The notes below the pieces were generated by a model. It saw only the letters and a program-made list of their open reading frames with translations, had not been told where the DNA came from and did no database searches. Positions 60,270-64,000 of a stretch of DNA of 64,000 bases are shown here, piece by piece. The DNA is taken from NCBI GenBank assembly GCA_938038785.1, contig CALHTB010000054.1, positions 465 through 64,464 of the forward strand, given 5' to 3'. The position numbers and the translations under genes are program-made. The stretch's first letter is position 1; each line of letters starts with the position of its first letter. The stretch comes from an uncultured Acidimicrobiales bacterium. Lineage in GTDB: Bacteria > Actinomycetota > Acidimicrobiia > Acidimicrobiales > SHLQ01.

Positions 60270-60941
60270 ATGGCTACCTGTACGAACGGCCACGAGTCTG
60301 AATGGGAGGACTACTGTTCGGTGTGCGGCGAGTCATTGGGCGCTCCTGCGGCCAGTGAAGAGGCAGCTACCGCGCTCGAAGAGCCCGCGGCTGGCGAACC
60401 GCTCGAGGCTGGACTTAGCTGTCCGAACTGCAGCGAACCGTACGCTGCCGGAGACGTGTTCTGCGAGAACTGCGGATACGACTTCTTGTCGGGAACGCTG
60501 CCAGAAGAAGTGGCGCCGGCTGCACCGGTAGCCGGGTCTGAATCTGGACGAGCGACCGTGAGTATCGACCCTGCGTTCTTCGAGCGGATGCAGTTCGCCG
60601 GCGTCGAACCACCAGCCGAACTACCTGAACCGGTCACGATCAACCTTCCACCAACCGACATTCTCATCGGCCGCCAAAGCGACACCCGGGGCACGTTCCC
60701 CGAGATCGATCTTGGGTCGATCTTTGGCGAGGACTCACCGGCGACCGACCCGGCCGTGTCCTCGAGCCACTGTCGTCTGCATCGCGGTGCCAGCGGCTGG
60801 ACAATCACCGACCTCGACTCCACCAACGGCACCTTCCTCGGCGATGACACCGACGCCCTGACACCGGGCCGCCCGATGAGCCTCATGCCAGGCACCCCGA
60901 TCTACGTCGGAGCTTGGACCAAGATCGAGCTGCTCGACTGA
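60270..60941 (+). CDS. Zinc-ribbon / FHA domain protein
   Basis: CTNGH..DYCSVCG, CPNC...FCENCG; FHA motifs IGR, DPAVSSSH, DLDSTNGT. Confidence 0.9.
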   Translation: MATCTNGHESEWEDYCSVCGESLGAPAASEEAATALEEPAAGEPLEAGLSCPNCSEPYAAGDVFCENCGYDFLSGTLPEEVAPAAPVAGSESGRATVSIDPAFFERMQFAGVEPPAELPEPVTINLPPTDILIGRQSDTRGTFPEIDLGSIFGEDSPATDPAVSSSHCRLHRGASGWTITDLDSTNGTFLGDDTDALTPGRPMSLMPGTPIYVGAWTKIELLD

Positions 60942-60970
60942 GTCTTGGCGGCGTAGCCGTAGGTCTCGGC

Positions 60971-61846
60971 CTAGCCGATCTCGATGCCTCGTTCTTTGGC
61001 CTCGGCAACTACCTGACCGGGCCGGTTGGGGCTGACGATAAAGCCGTCGATAGTGGTGAGGTTGACCTCTTCGGTGTCGCGCTCTTGGGCGTTGAGGATG
61101 ATCTTCGTCGGCTCTTTCAATTCGGCACGAAGCGCGAGCCCGAGGCCATTGAGGCTGAGGTCTTCGAAGCCCGAATCGGCCGGGGCCGGACCCAACGCGG
61201 CGATGTCTTCTTTGCGAAACAGCTGCGGTTCACGCAGTGCTGTCTTGTCGTGGACGACTAGCCCCCGTGGAACAAAGACCAGCCAACGTTCTGACAGTCG
61301 GTGCAAGACCGGGACAGCGAAGTAGGCGAGCGCCCAACCGGCGGCCAGCGCGATACCACCGAGAACCAAGCGCTGGGCGAAGAGCAACAGGGGGCCCAGG
61401 GTGGCGCCACCGGCGATGGCGAGCCAGACAAGTTGAATCGGCCCGACCATCAACGCTCCCGGAGTGCGAAGTAGAAAGCGACGCTCGTCGCCATAGGACG
61501 ACCCATCAGCAAACTCATCACCGACGGCGCTGGTCAAGGCCAGTAGAAAAGCTGCCCCCGCACCCACCAAGCCAACAGCGATCGCCGTAGCACTATCAGC
61601 CGCGAATGAAGCCCAGATAGCGGCCACGAACGCCAGGGGAGCAACCACGCGCAACAACGTCAGCGTCTGCGTTCGTGGAACCATCGACGCAACCAACATG
61701 ACGGCCCACACAGCCCACAAGGTCAACGACACGCCGAGCTGAAACGGACGCTCGGTATCGGCGAGCGCGGCGGCAAACAACGGGCCAGCCGTGAACGGCA
61801 ACACAAGCCAAACGGCTCTGAAGAGCCACAATTCGATCTGCAACAC
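60971..61846 (-). CDS. Hypothetical membrane protein
   Basis: About 6 TM segments plus a C-terminal soluble domain. GTG start has TACGTT 7 nt upstream. Confidence 0.78.
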   Translation of the reverse strand: MLQIELWLFRAVWLVLPFTAGPLFAAALADTERPFQLGVSLTLWAVWAVMLVASMVPRTQTLTLLRVVAPLAFVAAIWASFAADSATAIAVGLVGAGAAFLLALTSAVGDEFADGSSYGDERRFLLRTPGALMVGPIQLVWLAIAGGATLGPLLLFAQRLVLGGIALAAGWALAYFAVPVLHRLSERWLVFVPRGLVVHDKTALREPQLFRKEDIAALGPAPADSGFEDLSLNGLGLALRAELKEPTKIILNAQERDTEEVNLTTIDGFIVSPNRPGQVVAEAKERGIEIG

Positions 61847-61879
61847 CCCGGTAAACGTAGCGACACAGCTCAGCGATAA

Positions 61880-63919
<2,040 letters not shown>

Positions 63920-64000
63920 TTCCCGGGCTTCGCCCTCCAGGGCTCAAATCCGTATGCCACTCGCTGCGCTCCCGGCTCCCTCGATTTCGCGCCTGCTGCG

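Noticed and set aside
63920-64000. Small hairpin motifs (gggcttcgccc, cactcgctgcgctc) after ligA
   Set aside because: Possibly the start of another repeat element, but it is truncated by the window edge and cannot be supported.

Overview
High-GC actinobacterial chromosomal segment. Gene content suggests class Acidimicrobiia (inference from recognition, no database search run). In order it contains: four paralogous secreted beta-propeller/Ig/PKD surface proteins with recently duplicated modules; a fragmented SUF Fe-S system (sufB ... orf-sufD-fdx-sufC, plus an opposite-strand sufC2-sufS-sufU) interleaved with a tandem pair of SHOCT proteins, a priming sugar transferase and gmd; housekeeping genes (glpX, murA, NifU, iscS-mnmA, ligA); a MoxR/DUF58/SpoIIM/RDD cluster; and a PknG-type signalling locus (PknG-PP2C-vWA-FHA). 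The most notable observations are three. (i) The divergent GlnX-like sensor gene of the PknG locus is followed by an orphan PotD-type polyamine-binding lipoprotein and a PLP decarboxylase, not by GlnH. (ii) A DUF559/AbiEi-like nuclease gene is bracketed by two identical long palindromes. (iii) That gene and a REP-flanked RAYT transposase 26 kb away share the same TGTCAC-N10-TANNNT-N6-ATG upstream architecture, resembling PafBC/RecA-NDp DNA-damage promoters. No rRNA, tRNA or CRISPR array was recognised. Several start codons were adjusted by eye from the ORF track.
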